Origin: an uncultured Clostridia bacterium
GTDB lineage: Bacteria; CAYTYR01; UBA6262
NCBI GenBank assembly: GCA_964441745.1
Contig: CAYTYR010000013.1
Location: forward strand, 1 to 64,000
Length of the DNA: 64,000 nucleotides
Direction of reading: 5' to 3'
Each line of letters starts with the position of its first letter. The first letter of the stretch is position 1. The notes beneath the pieces are model-generated. The model did not search any database, was not told the DNA's origin, and saw nothing but the letters and a program-made list of their open reading frames with translations. The position numbers and the translations under genes are program-made. Below are positions 28,284-38,087 of this stretch, in pieces.

Positions 28284-29228
28284 TTAATTATATGTTTCCA
28301 CTGCCCGTTTGGTCACATCAGAACTGATCTTAATGCCCAGAGCCCCGGCAGTCTTACTATTGATGGCCAGGTTCAAATTACGCGGATATGCCAGCGGCGG
28401 CAATTCTCCAGTTCCGCCCTTGGCTAATATATCACCGGCCATCGCCCCGGATTGCCGGCCGATATCTTCATAATCAAGCACCGGAGAGGCTATCGCTCCT
28501 ACTTTGACCAGGAAGGAAGCAAATCCGAAGACAGCGACACTGCCTTGCTGGCACTGGTTCATAATGAAGGGGATGGTATCTTTGGTCGCAACGGTGGGAT
28601 CCAGTATCAGCCAAAAAACCTGTATCTTGCCAACCATATCCTTGATGGCTTTGACCACATCCGGCGAAGCAGACACAGAAGTGGCCACAACTGATAAACC
28701 ATAATTACCGGCAACGCTTTTAGCTTCAGTGGCAATGGATTGGCTATAGGTAGGATCATAAATGATCCCAATGCTTTTGGCATTAGGAATGATTTCTTTG
28801 ATCGTCTCTAACGATTGTTTGACCGGAACATCGAGGGCCACGCCGGTGACATTAGCTTTAAGGACCTTTTGCTTGGCAGGACTAAGGACCATGGAAAAAA
28901 CAATAGGTTTATTGCTGACCTTTTCCGAAGCAGCTTTCACTGCTTCAGTGCCAATCGCGTAAATCAAATCAAAACTACCCAGGTTTCCAGGGATCCCAGC
29001 CAAATCAGAGTACGTTATTTTGAGATTACTGCCTTCGGCGTATCCCTTACTTCTCATCTCTTTCTTAAATCCCTCCAAAGCCATATTATACTGGGGCAGG
29101 TTCTGGCTCTTGATAATAATGATATTTTCAGCTAAAGAAAAAGATTGGAACAACAAGAGGATTAAAACAGAAAGGATGAACGGGGAAAAGATTTTTTTTA
29201 CCATTTGTTTTTTTGTCACCATCACCAT
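28284..29228 (-). CDS. ABC-type substrate-binding protein (ABC_sub_bind-like) with no adjacent permease
   Basis: Signal peptide; AIGTEA, PIVFSMVLSP, NVTGV, IGIIYDP, DYEDIGRQSG and LAINSKTA motifs. Confidence 0.8.
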   Translation of the reverse strand: MVMVTKKQMVKKIFSPFILSVLILLLFQSFSLAENIIIIKSQNLPQYNMALEGFKKEMRSKGYAEGSNLKITYSDLAGIPGNLGSFDLIYAIGTEAVKAASEKVSNKPIVFSMVLSPAKQKVLKANVTGVALDVPVKQSLETIKEIIPNAKSIGIIYDPTYSQSIATEAKSVAGNYGLSVVATSVSASPDVVKAIKDMVGKIQVFWLILDPTVATKDTIPFIMNQCQQGSVAVFGFASFLVKVGAIASPVLDYEDIGRQSGAMAGDILAKGGTGELPPLAYPRNLNLAINSKTAGALGIKISSDVTKRAVETYN

Positions 29229-29408
29229 ATTTTCTCTCTTATTTTATTTTATAGAGCTGCTTATGGCTCTCTCCTTGGCCAAGAATGCTAAAAAAAACCT
29301 TTTTGACTACACCCTAAAAAGAGTTTGTTTAACATTCTCCAGACAACAAAATATAGTGTGGTTCAAAAATTCTACACATTATGTTGTGTAATTCACTCTC
29401 CCGCAATT

Positions 29409-29437
29409 ATTGTATATAATATCAATATATTTGTCAA
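29409..29437 (-). promoter_or_regulatory. Promoter of the SBP-MCP operon
   Basis: TTGACA-N17-TACAAT. Confidence 0.65.
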
Positions 29438-29455
29438 CAAAAATATTTTAAAAAC

Positions 29456-29501
29456 GATTACACAGATTAGAAAAGATCCGCCTGAGGCGGACAGGGATTA
29501 C
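29456..29501. repeat. Family C arm plus CCTG-type palindrome, overlapping the MGMT 3-prime end
   Basis: Reverse complement GTAATC-CCTGTCCGCCTCAGGCGGA-TCTTTTCT-AATCTGTGTAATC is nearly identical to 20128-20174. Confidence 0.75.
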
Positions 29502-29796
29502 CTGACAAAATTATTTTTTGCTTCTTTTCGGTTGAAAGAAGCCTGATTTTCTGAGCAATGCCGCCGGCAAATCCGCCAATACTTCCGTCGCTGCAAATCA
29601 CCCGGTGACACGGTACCGACGGAGCAAAAGGATTTTTATGCAGGGCGTTCCCTACGGCGCGGCAGGCACGGGGGTGACCGATCTTTTTTGCGATCCAGGC
29701 ATAGGACCTGGTCTCACCCCTGGGGATAGTTTTACACGCCGCGTAAACCTTTTTTTCAAACTCCGTTATTTTTCTTTTTTTTATTTTATTCTTCAT
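29467..29796 (-). CDS. Single-domain O6-methylguanine-DNA methyltransferase (MGMT family)
   Basis: IPRGETRSY, RAVGNA and active-site PCHRV motifs. Confidence 0.9.
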   Translation of the reverse strand: MKNKIKKRKITEFEKKVYAACKTIPRGETRSYAWIAKKIGHPRACRAVGNALHKNPFAPSVPCHRVICSDGSIGGFAGGIAQKIRLLSTEKKQKIILSGNPCPPQADLF

Positions 29797-29828
29797 CTTC
29801 TTTTACCACTTACCACTCTACCACTGTT

Positions 29829-30623
29829 TTATTGCAGCTTCCTATACTTCGGCCCCTTGGATATATCAGAAAGAAATATATTACCTTGTTCATCAGTATA
29901 AATAAAAAGCGGTTTTTGTATGCTGATCGGACGGTTGGCATAATATTGCCAGTAGGTCAGCACAGCAATAATATATCTTTTTGTTTCGCGGAACGGCGGT
30001 ATCCCGTTATACTTTTTCACTGCGTCAGGACCGGCATTATAAGCGGCTAACGCTAATTTGATATCGCCAAAATTACGCAATTGTTCTGCCAAGTAGCGGG
30101 TTCCCCCTTCGATATTCTGACGCGGACTGTAAATATCAAAGACGCCAAGACATTCCGCTGTCTTTGGCATTAATTGCATTAATCCTTTGGCCCCTTTATG
30201 GGAAACACAGTACTGGTCAAAATCACTTTCCGCTTTGATGACTGCTTTGATCAGGGCCGGTTCAAGGTTGTGCTTTTTAGCGAAAAGCGCGATCAAATCG
30301 TCGAAATTGACAATATCCCGGGGAGAGATCTTTTTCTTAGCTTTAGCGGTTGGCTTTTTTTGCTCCCGCGGAGAAACAGTTCGGCCTGAGGGGACATAAT
30401 CCTTGATCTCATTCTGGTAGAAATTAAGCTCTCCGCCTTTGACCCTGAAAATATAGCTATCGCTATTTTTTTCCACTAAAACCCCATAAAAAGTGTTGCC
30501 ATTCTTCAACATGACCTTGTATTCCCGCCCATCGGCGTAGAGAGGTGAAGGAGTGGTAAAGTGGTAAAGTGGTAACGCAAAAACCACGCTTATTAACAAA
30601 CGCGTTTTCCATTTAAGCTTCAT
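29829..30623 (-). CDS. Lytic transglycosylase (SLT domain)
   Basis: AVIKAES, GLMQLMP and ALAAYNAG motifs. Confidence 0.92.
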   Translation of the reverse strand: MKLKWKTRLLISVVFALPLYHFTTPSPLYADGREYKVMLKNGNTFYGVLVEKNSDSYIFRVKGGELNFYQNEIKDYVPSGRTVSPREQKKPTAKAKKKISPRDIVNFDDLIALFAKKHNLEPALIKAVIKAESDFDQYCVSHKGAKGLMQLMPKTAECLGVFDIYSPRQNIEGGTRYLAEQLRNFGDIKLALAAYNAGPDAVKKYNGIPPFRETKRYIIAVLTYWQYYANRPISIQKPLFIYTDEQGNIFLSDISKGPKYRKLQ

Positions 30624-30626
30624 TAC

Positions 30627-31922
30627 TCATCCTTTCTCTTTCAGTGTCTTACTGCGTAACAAGCGGTGATAGGAAATGGCAAAACGGTGCGCTTCATCGC
30701 GAATCTGCCTGACCAACTGTAAAGCCGGTGAACGCCGGTCCAGAGCCAGCGGTTCAGGTTGTCCCGGTAAAAATATTTTTTCTTCACGCTTGGCAATACT
30801 GGCCAGGGGAATTTGTTTATCCAGTTCCCGTAATTCCCTTACCGCCTGGGATAATTGCCCTTTACCGCCGTCGATCAGGATCAGGTCAGGTTTTTTTTCA
30901 TGACGCTCGATCAAGCCGCGATAGCGGCGGCGTAAAACTTCTCCTAACATAGCATAGTCATCTATGCCTGAAATGCTTTTTATCCGGAACCTTCGGTACT
31001 CCTGTGCAGCCGGCTGCCCGTCAAGAAAAGTCACCATTGAACCAACAGCCAGCTTGCCGCTGATATTGGAAATATCAAAAGCTTCGATGCGCCGGGGCAA
31101 GCGCGGTAATCCCAATTCTTTTTGCAGCAGCGGCAGCATTTGCTGCTGGGGCAGCTCCGGCAAATGGCTCTTTAATAAAGCGGCCGGGTCAACTTGCCGG
31201 AAATTGATACGTGCCAGTATCTCTTCAATAAATCGTTTTTCCTGGTATACTCGTTGTGCTTGTTCATATTCCATGGTCTGGCTATGAGCAGCTAATTGCC
31301 GGTCCAAATGCTGAAGTAATTGCTGGGGCCGGTTCCGCAGGAACAAGTCTACTTCACGGAGAATATCCAGGTACTTTTCCCGGCAGATCTGCGCGGTACA
31401 AGGCGCTGAACACCGTTTTAAATGGTAATAAAAACATGCTTTAGCCGGCAATTTCACCTGTTTACAGCAGCGCAGGGGAAAATATTTCCGCACCGCCCTT
31501 AAGATCTGGCGTAAATGGCTCCCATCCGGATATGGCCCGTAATATTTAGCGCCATCTTTACGGACGATCCTGGTCACCAACAAGCGCGGCCATTGCTCCT
31601 TCATGGTGATTTTTAAGTATGGGTAACTTTTATCATCACGGTACATGACATTGTAGCGGGGACGATAGCGCTTGATCAACTCAAATTCTAAAAGTAACGC
31701 GGCTTTTTCTGATCTGGTCGGTATATAGTCAATAGCCGCGATATGAGAGACCAGGGCTTGTACCTTAGGGGAAAAACCCCGTCCCTGGAAATAACTGCTG
31801 ACCCTTTTTTTTAAGCTGGCGGCTTTGCCCACATAAATAATTTCACCGCGGCGGTTCTTCATCAGGTACACACCGCTCTGGTCGGGCAGGCGCTTAATTT
31901 TTTCCAGCAAAGGCTCAGTCAT
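30627..31922 (-). CDS. uvrC: Excinuclease UvrC, short form lacking the C-terminal HhH domain
   Basis: GVY..IYVGKA GIY-YIG domain; Cys-rich segment; FDISN, DGGKGQ and RDEAHRFA motifs. Confidence 0.88.
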   Translation of the reverse strand: MTEPLLEKIKRLPDQSGVYLMKNRRGEIIYVGKAASLKKRVSSYFQGRGFSPKVQALVSHIAAIDYIPTRSEKAALLLEFELIKRYRPRYNVMYRDDKSYPYLKITMKEQWPRLLVTRIVRKDGAKYYGPYPDGSHLRQILRAVRKYFPLRCCKQVKLPAKACFYYHLKRCSAPCTAQICREKYLDILREVDLFLRNRPQQLLQHLDRQLAAHSQTMEYEQAQRVYQEKRFIEEILARINFRQVDPAALLKSHLPELPQQQMLPLLQKELGLPRLPRRIEAFDISNISGKLAVGSMVTFLDGQPAAQEYRRFRIKSISGIDDYAMLGEVLRRRYRGLIERHEKKPDLILIDGGKGQLSQAVRELRELDKQIPLASIAKREEKIFLPGQPEPLALDRRSPALQLVRQIRDEAHRFAISYHRLLRSKTLKEKG

Positions 31923-31942
31923 AAAGATCCAACTTCGGGTTT

Positions 31943-32015
31943 CAGCGTATAGCGGGTAGCGTGTAGCGTATAGATTTTGTTTTTCTATCCGCTTTACGCT
32001 CTACGCTTAACGCTA
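31943..32015. repeat. Family A heptamer palindrome, empty copy (overlaps the murJ stop)
   Basis: (YAGCGNN)4-TAG-ATTTTGTTTTT-CTA-TCCGCT...ACGCTA. Confidence 0.85.
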
Positions 32016-33505
32016 ACAAAATTCTGCACATATTTTAATTCTTCAATCTTTAGCAAATAAGCCATACCTATATATATCAGAAGACCCAGGGCTAAAGCAA
32101 TAATAATCCATTGCCTGGTGAAAAAGCAAACCACACCCATGACTGCGGATGCCAACAAGACTTTCTGCATAGTCACCCAGATCTGTCTTGCTCCCAACGC
32201 CCCGATCCTCTGCCGCAAAATATAGACTAAAGCAGCCATATTAAAGGCAGCTGAGATACTGGTCGCCAAGGCTAATCCGCCAACTCGCAGGAATCGCATC
32301 AGGATGATATTTAAGACCGTATTTAAAATCATCGCGGCAATAGCTATTTTAACCGGAGTTTTCGTATCCTGTAACGCATAAAAAGCCGAAGCCGCGATCT
32401 TCGCCCCAGCGAAGAAAATTAATCCCAGGGCATAAAAGGTTAAGGCCAACGCGGTTAAGACTGTCCCCTCGGACTGGAAAGACCCATGTTCGAACAATAA
32501 CTTGATGATCGGCTGTCCTAAGACGATCAGGCCTATTGTTGAAGGGATCAGGGTAAACATGGTCATCCGGATACTTACGGAAAATGTCTGTTTCAGCTGG
32601 GGCAGATCCTGTTTCGCGGCAGACAGGCTCATCGCCGGTAAGGCTACCGTCGCTACAGATATGCCAAAAAGGGCTAGCGGCAATTGATAAATCCGGTTAG
32701 CGTAATATAAAGCCATGATACTGCCGTCTTGCAGGAAACTGGCACAAATCTGGTCAACAAACACATTCATTTGTCTTACCCCGCTGCCGATCGCCACCGG
32801 CAAGATCAATACACCGATCCTTTTGATCTCCGGAGTAATGAGGAAAATTATTTTATGCAAGAACCCATTTTTAACCAGGGCCGGAATCTGCCAGAGGAAT
32901 TGGAACAATCCACCGATCAATACTCCCCAGGCTAATCCTTCTGCCGGCACTTTCATTAAAGGGACTAACCAGAGCACAGCAACTATTTCAAAAACAGATA
33001 ACATCATCGGCGCCACTGCCGGAATGAAAAAGACCTGCAGGGAATTTAACACGCCCATAGCTAAAGCCGAGAGGCTGATAAAAGCAATGAACGGGAACAT
33101 GATCCGGGTAAGTTTAACGGCCAAGGCCAATTGTTCGGGCTTATCCCACCAACCCCAGGCCACCAGCCGGACAATAGCCGGAGCAAAGATCATACCCAGC
33201 AGGGTCACCCCAGACAGAATAACCAGCAGGATCCCCAGGCAAGCGCTAGAGAGTGCAGCTGCTTCATTCTTGCCTTTTTTCACCAGGCATTCACTGAACA
33301 CCGGGATAAACCCGCTGGATAAAGATCCTTCTCCCAGCAGATCGCGCAGCAAGTTGGGGATCCGGAAAGCTAAATAGAAGGTATCTGCCGCCCAGCCATT
33401 GCCGATCCGGCTGGCTACCAGCATATCCCGCAAATAGCCCAGGATCCGGGATAAAAGTGTCGCGCCAGACACAGCGCCGATAGATTTGGCAATTTTAGTG
33501 GACAT
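31994..33505 (-). CDS. murJ: Lipid II flippase MurJ
   Basis: SRILGYLRD, AFRIPNLLR..GEG, YYANRIYQLP and FYALQDTKTP motifs. Confidence 0.96.
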   Translation of the reverse strand: MSTKIAKSIGAVSGATLLSRILGYLRDMLVASRIGNGWAADTFYLAFRIPNLLRDLLGEGSLSSGFIPVFSECLVKKGKNEAAALSSACLGILLVILSGVTLLGMIFAPAIVRLVAWGWWDKPEQLALAVKLTRIMFPFIAFISLSALAMGVLNSLQVFFIPAVAPMMLSVFEIVAVLWLVPLMKVPAEGLAWGVLIGGLFQFLWQIPALVKNGFLHKIIFLITPEIKRIGVLILPVAIGSGVRQMNVFVDQICASFLQDGSIMALYYANRIYQLPLALFGISVATVALPAMSLSAAKQDLPQLKQTFSVSIRMTMFTLIPSTIGLIVLGQPIIKLLFEHGSFQSEGTVLTALALTFYALGLIFFAGAKIAASAFYALQDTKTPVKIAIAAMILNTVLNIILMRFLRVGGLALATSISAAFNMAALVYILRQRIGALGARQIWVTMQKVLLASAVMGVVCFFTRQWIIIALALGLLIYIGMAYLLKIEELKYVQNFVSVKRRA

Positions 33506-33517
33506 AATATTTAACCC

Positions 33518-33546
33518 TTGACAATCTCTAATAAATATGCTAATTT
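33518..33546 (+). promoter_or_regulatory. rpsT promoter
   Basis: TTGACA-N17-TAATTT with extended TG. Confidence 0.6.
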
Positions 33547-33566
33547 AATTAAATTAATCCAGTTTT

Positions 33567-33622
33567 AATCTGTGCGAAGTCCCCAGTGCCAGATTTGCGC
33601 AGCAAATCTACAGCGGATAATC
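33567..33622. repeat. Family C unit split by a 43-nt hairpin insert, in the rpsT leader
   Basis: AATCTGTG[CGAAGTCCCCAGTGCCAGATTTGCGCAGCAAATCTACAGCGGA]TAATC. Confidence 0.6.
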
Positions 33623-33646
33623 GTTTTTCAAAGGAGGAAATACCGC

Positions 33647-33928
33647 ATGACCAAACTAAAAATGGGCCGGCATACTTCGGCGATCAAAGAATCACGCCAG
33701 AATATCGTCCATCACGGCGCTAACACCAAGATTAAGAACCAGATCAAGAAACTGATCAAAGATGTCAACGCAGCCATCGCCAAGAAAGACCAGGCTGTCG
33801 CTAAAAGCGCCATGCTGAAAGCTTTTGCCGCCTTGGATAAAGCAGCCAAGAAGAACATCCTGCATAAAAATAACGCGAACCGCAAAAAATCAAGAATGGC
33901 CCTGAAATTAAAAGCTTTAGCGGCATAG
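33647..33928 (+). CDS. rpsT: 30S ribosomal protein S20
   Basis: SAIKE.RQ and LDKAAKKNILHKNNANRKKSR motifs; AGGAGG before the ATG at 33647. Confidence 0.95.
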   Translation: MTKLKMGRHTSAIKESRQNIVHHGANTKIKNQIKKLIKDVNAAIAKKDQAVAKSAMLKAFAALDKAAKKNILHKNNANRKKSRMALKLKALAA

Positions 33929-34906
33929 ATCGATCAATAAATGCTCTAAAACCCAAAGCGGGTACTGATTACTGCTTTTAAGAGCTTTATCAGTATCCGC
34001 TATTTTTTTATGCTTCTTTAATAATTCTGCCAAATTGAACCGCGGCAAACTGGCTTTAAATTCATTTTGATCGTCAGATTTTCTGATATTGAACTTTTTC
34101 ATGATCTCATCGACGCTAGCCTGCCGTGATTGCATTTCCTTGGCCACGATCAATTTCCGCCAGACTTGGGAGATGAGCCATAAAGCGTATGTTTCACCTT
34201 TGCCTTCGGCAACTATATGCTGTAAAGACAGCAAAGCCCTTTCCAGATTACGGGAGGCCAAAGAACGCTCCAGGCGCTTATCATTTTCGGTAAACATCCT
34301 GAATATATTTTTTTGCGCTTCGGCCAGAGTGATCGTTTTCTGATCCGGAACAGCGATCACCAGTTTAGCGATCTCTGAAGAGAGATTAGCCAGTTCCGGG
34401 CCTACCGACTCTATTAAAAAATCTATCACCTCAGACTCAACTGCTTTTTGCTGGCTGCGGAATTTTTGGGCAATCCATTTTTTTAAATCACTTTTGAATA
34501 ACGGCCAGAAAACCACTTCAAATTCCTTAAGCGCCGTATAAAACTTGTTTTTACGGTTACGGTAGTCCAGTTCTCCGGCTACCAGCGCCAGGCAAGTCGT
34601 GGGATTAGGATGCTCCAGGTAATCCTGAAGTTTATCTTTATCACCCAGTTTTTCAATCTCCTGGACTACCACCAACCGGCGGTCAGACAAGAATGGTAAA
34701 GACTGGGCTTCGTCTAAAATTGCCCTGGCTGAAGTTTCCTTGCCATACAAAAGAGCGTAGTTAAAATCTTTTTGATCATCAGTTACCAGATTCTGGTACA
34801 GCGCCTGTACTGCTTCTTTTTTGAGAAATTCTTCGTCCCCGGAAAAGAAATAAACCGGCGCGATTTTCTTCTTATTGATCTGTTGCAGCAAATCCTGATA
34901 CTTCAT
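33917..34906 (-). CDS. holA: DNA polymerase III delta subunit
   Basis: PVYFFSGDEEFL, SLPFLSDRRLVVV and SEIAKL motifs; leuS-lptE-holA-rpsT synteny. Confidence 0.92.
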   Translation of the reverse strand: MKYQDLLQQINKKKIAPVYFFSGDEEFLKKEAVQALYQNLVTDDQKDFNYALLYGKETSARAILDEAQSLPFLSDRRLVVVQEIEKLGDKDKLQDYLEHPNPTTCLALVAGELDYRNRKNKFYTALKEFEVVFWPLFKSDLKKWIAQKFRSQQKAVESEVIDFLIESVGPELANLSSEIAKLVIAVPDQKTITLAEAQKNIFRMFTENDKRLERSLASRNLERALLSLQHIVAEGKGETYALWLISQVWRKLIVAKEMQSRQASVDEIMKKFNIRKSDDQNEFKASLPRFNLAELLKKHKKIADTDKALKSSNQYPLWVLEHLLIDLCR

Positions 34907-34919
34907 GGTTTTCTTTCCT

Positions 34920-34950
34920 CTATACGCTATCCGCTACACGCTATACGCTA
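34920..34950. repeat. Family A single arm directly upstream of the holA start
   Basis: CTA TACGCTA TCCGCTA CACGCTA TACGCTA. Confidence 0.8.
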
Positions 34951-34953
34951 GTT

Positions 34954-35472
34954 TTACCACCAACCAATGATCGTCCGTTTGACTATATCCCGGGATAATA
35001 AGTCTGTCACCGCTTCCTGCGCGTCAGTTTCTGTTTCTACCAGTTGTCCAGCTTTAGCCGTGACGTAATAGGTATAATCTTCATGGATATTACTTTCGGT
35101 CCACATCGTCGTACCCTGGACCTGGTCCTGGAAAGTGACATCCACCCCGATAAATAATTTATATTGTTCAATTACGCTTTGGGCATCATAGCTGACTGGT
35201 TCCAAGCTATAACGGACGATCACTCCGGTTAATAAGGCGTCTGCTTCTTCCGCTTTCACGATCTCCAACCGGCCGTCACGGAGAAACTCTTCGATCACTT
35301 TTTTAGTCAGCATATCTTCAATGCCATACTGCACGATATTATTACTGAAATTATTAACCGCAATCTTTTTTATATACGTCGGCAATACCGACACCGGCGG
35401 CTTACCGCAAGCAGTTAGGCTTAGCATGATCACGAATATCGCGATGATAACAAGTTTAAATTTTGGAATCAC
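34954..35472 (-). CDS. lptE: LptE-family lipoprotein
   Basis: Lipobox LTA-C; ADALLTG; located between leuS and holA. Confidence 0.85.
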   Translation of the reverse strand: MIPKFKLVIIAIFVIMLSLTACGKPPVSVLPTYIKKIAVNNFSNNIVQYGIEDMLTKKVIEEFLRDGRLEIVKAEEADALLTGVIVRYSLEPVSYDAQSVIEQYKLFIGVDVTFQDQVQGTTMWTESNIHEDYTYYVTAKAGQLVETETDAQEAVTDLLSRDIVKRTIIGWW

Positions 35473-35529
35473 GATTTCCTCCTTAAGAATGTTTAATTTT
35501 GAGTCATCTACCTTAACTCAAAACTGCTT

Positions 35530-37989
35530 CTAAGCTACTACTATATTTACCAGTTTATTCGGGACATAGACGATCTTAATGATCTTTTTGCCGCTGACCT
35601 GCGCTTTAACTTTTTCATCTTCAGCGGCCAGCCGCTTCACTTCTTCCTCTAACAAACCAGGCCGCATTGAGACGCGACCGCGCACTTTACCATTGACTTG
35701 CACAACGATCTCGATGGCATCTTCCACGATCGCGCTTTCATCATAAGCCGGCCAGGGCAAAGAGATCAGGATTTCCTCGTGGCCTAAACGCTGCCACATT
35801 TCTGCGGCAATATGAGGCGTGAACGGGGAAATCAGGATAACTACTTTTTCCGCGGCTTTCCGGATATCTCCTGCCGAAACTTGTGGCTCCAGGTCATGGA
35901 TAGTATTGACCAATTCCATCAGGGAGGCAATAGCGGTATTAAAACCGAATTCTTTTTCCAGGTCATTGGTGACTTTTTTAATAGTAGTCTGGACCTTACG
36001 ATTCAAGTCACGGATCGCTTGTGCATTGACCTGGTTATGCGCTCCGGCGCCCTCTGTCACCCGCTCCACCAGCCGCCAGATCCTGGTCAGGAACCGCCAA
36101 GCTCCTTCCACTCCGGTATCACTATATTCCAGGTCTTTTTCCGGAGGAGAAGCAAACAGGATAAACAGGCGCATAGTATCAGCGCCGTATTTTTCGATAA
36201 TATGGTCAGGGTCAACAATATTGCCTTTGGATTTACTCATCGCCGTGCCGCCCAGGGTCACCATGCCCTGGTTTAGCAGGTTAGTAAAAGGTTCGTCCCC
36301 TTTGAGTAATCCCATATCGCGCATGACCCGATGAAAAAACCGGGAATAAATAAGATGCATGCAGGCATGCTCAGCCCCACCAATATATTGGTCCACCGGC
36401 AGCCAGTAATCGGCTTTCTCCCGGCTAAATGGCAGTTTTTCATTATGCGCATCGCAATAACGGGCAAAATACCAGCTGGAATCGACAAAAGTATCCATGG
36501 TATCGGTTTCCCGTCTTGCCGGCCCCTTACATTTTGGACAAGTAGTATTGACGAATTCAGCTACCTGTGACAACGGGGACTCACCTTTACCGGTAAATTC
36601 CACATTTTTAGGCAAGACCACTGGCAGATCCTTTTCGGAAACAGGAACCAGACCGCACTTTTCACAATAAACTACCGGGATCGGCGTTCCCCAGAATCGC
36701 TGACGGGAGATCAGCCAGTCACGGAAACGGTAATTAACCACTTTTTTGCCTTTTTTCTCCTGCGCCAGAAAAGCGGTAACTTTATCCATACCTTCTTTAG
36801 AAGGAATACCGTTAAACTGGCCGGAATTGATCATCAGTCCTTCATCAATATACGCTTCTTTTAAACCGCCGGCTGTCGGTTGGCCATCTTTGCTGATCAC
36901 TTCTTTGACCGGCAGTTTATATTCTTGGGCAAACGCAAAATCACGGGTATCATGGGCTGGCACAGCCATCACTGCCCCGGTACCATATTCCAGCAAGACA
37001 TAATTAGCGATCCAGATCGGCGCTTTATCATTAGTCACTGGATTTAGGCAATACGCCCCGATAAACATACCCTCTTTCTTGGCTTCATCAGAGGCGCGCA
37101 GGATCTTATTCTGCTTTTTTACTTTATCCGCGAACGCGCGTACTTCCCCGGCCAATTTTGTTCCAGTGGTCAACTCTTCAACCAAAGGATGTTCAGGCGC
37201 CAGGACCATATAGGTGACGCCGCCTAAGGTATCCGGCCGGGTAGTGAATACTTTGATCACCTGGTCCCGCCCGACTAAGGGAAAATCGATCTCAGCGCCA
37301 TAACTTTTACCGATCCAGTTTTCCTGCATGGCTAGTACTTTTGAGGCCCAGCCAGCTTTGATCAATTGGTGCCCTGACAGCAGTTCTTCAGTATAAGCGG
37401 TAGTTTTAAAATACCATTGCTCCAGTTCTTTCTGATGCACTTCATGATCACAGCGCCAGCACAGTCCCTGTTCGACTTGTTCATTAGCCAGCACTGTTTC
37501 GCACGAGGGACAGAAATTAACCAGGGATTTTTTCCGGTAGACCAGTCCTTTTTCCATCAGTTTAATAAAAAACCATTGGTTCCATTTATAATAATCCGGA
37601 TTACAGGTGGCAAATTCCCGGGACCAGTCATAGCCAATACCCATTTTCTTCAGCTGGCCAGACATATAGGCAATATTTTCCTTGGTCCATTTCTCCGGGT
37701 GGATCTTGTTTTTAATAGCGGCATTCTCCGCCGGCAAGCCAAAAGCATCCCACCCGATCGGGTGCAGGACATTATAACCTCTCATCTTCCGGTAACGGTT
37801 GATCAGGTCACCCAACGTATAATTACGCACATGCCCCATATGCAGGCGGCCGCTGGGATACGGGAACATTTCCAGGATATAAAATTTTTGCTTATTCTTG
37901 TCTTCCTGGGCCTGAAAAAGCTGGTGGTCAGCCCAATATTTCTGCCATTTTGCTTCTATTTCCTGAGGATGATACGTTTGTTCCACCAT
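35530..37989 (-). CDS. leuS: Leucine--tRNA ligase
   Basis: [25 protein letters not shown] and MSKS motifs. Confidence 0.98.
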   Translation of the reverse strand: MVEQTYHPQEIEAKWQKYWADHQLFQAQEDKNKQKFYILEMFPYPSGRLHMGHVRNYTLGDLINRYRKMRGYNVLHPIGWDAFGLPAENAAIKNKIHPEKWTKENIAYMSGQLKKMGIGYDWSREFATCNPDYYKWNQWFFIKLMEKGLVYRKKSLVNFCPSCETVLANEQVEQGLCWRCDHEVHQKELEQWYFKTTAYTEELLSGHQLIKAGWASKVLAMQENWIGKSYGAEIDFPLVGRDQVIKVFTTRPDTLGGVTYMVLAPEHPLVEELTTGTKLAGEVRAFADKVKKQNKILRASDEAKKEGMFIGAYCLNPVTNDKAPIWIANYVLLEYGTGAVMAVPAHDTRDFAFAQEYKLPVKEVISKDGQPTAGGLKEAYIDEGLMINSGQFNGIPSKEGMDKVTAFLAQEKKGKKVVNYRFRDWLISRQRFWGTPIPVVYCEKCGLVPVSEKDLPVVLPKNVEFTGKGESPLSQVAEFVNTTCPKCKGPARRETDTMDTFVDSSWYFARYCDAHNEKLPFSREKADYWLPVDQYIGGAEHACMHLIYSRFFHRVMRDMGLLKGDEPFTNLLNQGMVTLGGTAMSKSKGNIVDPDHIIEKYGADTMRLFILFASPPEKDLEYSDTGVEGAWRFLTRIWRLVERVTEGAGAHNQVNAQAIRDLNRKVQTTIKKVTNDLEKEFGFNTAIASLMELVNTIHDLEPQVSAGDIRKAAEKVVILISPFTPHIAAEMWQRLGHEEILISLPWPAYDESAIVEDAIEIVVQVNGKVRGRVSMRPGLLEEEVKRLAAEDEKVKAQVSGKKIIKIVYVPNKLVNIVVA

Positions 37990-38001
37990 TTAAAATTCCT
38001 T

Positions 38002-38084
38002 TGGCGAATAGCGTTTAGCGGGTAGCGTATAGTAATTAATTCTTTCGCTCTTCCTATACGCTCTACGCTATACGCTTCACGCTA
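38002..38084. repeat. Family A heptamer palindrome, empty copy with a longer spacer
   Basis: TGGCGAA TAGCGTT TAGCGGG TAGCGTA TAG-spacer-CTA TACGCTC TACGCTA TACGCTT CACGCTA. Confidence 0.85.
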
Positions 38085-38087
38085 GTT

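Noticed and set aside
37990-38087. T-box leader before leuS (likewise before pheS)
   Set aside because: The gaps are too short, are occupied by family A repeats, and show no T-box consensus.
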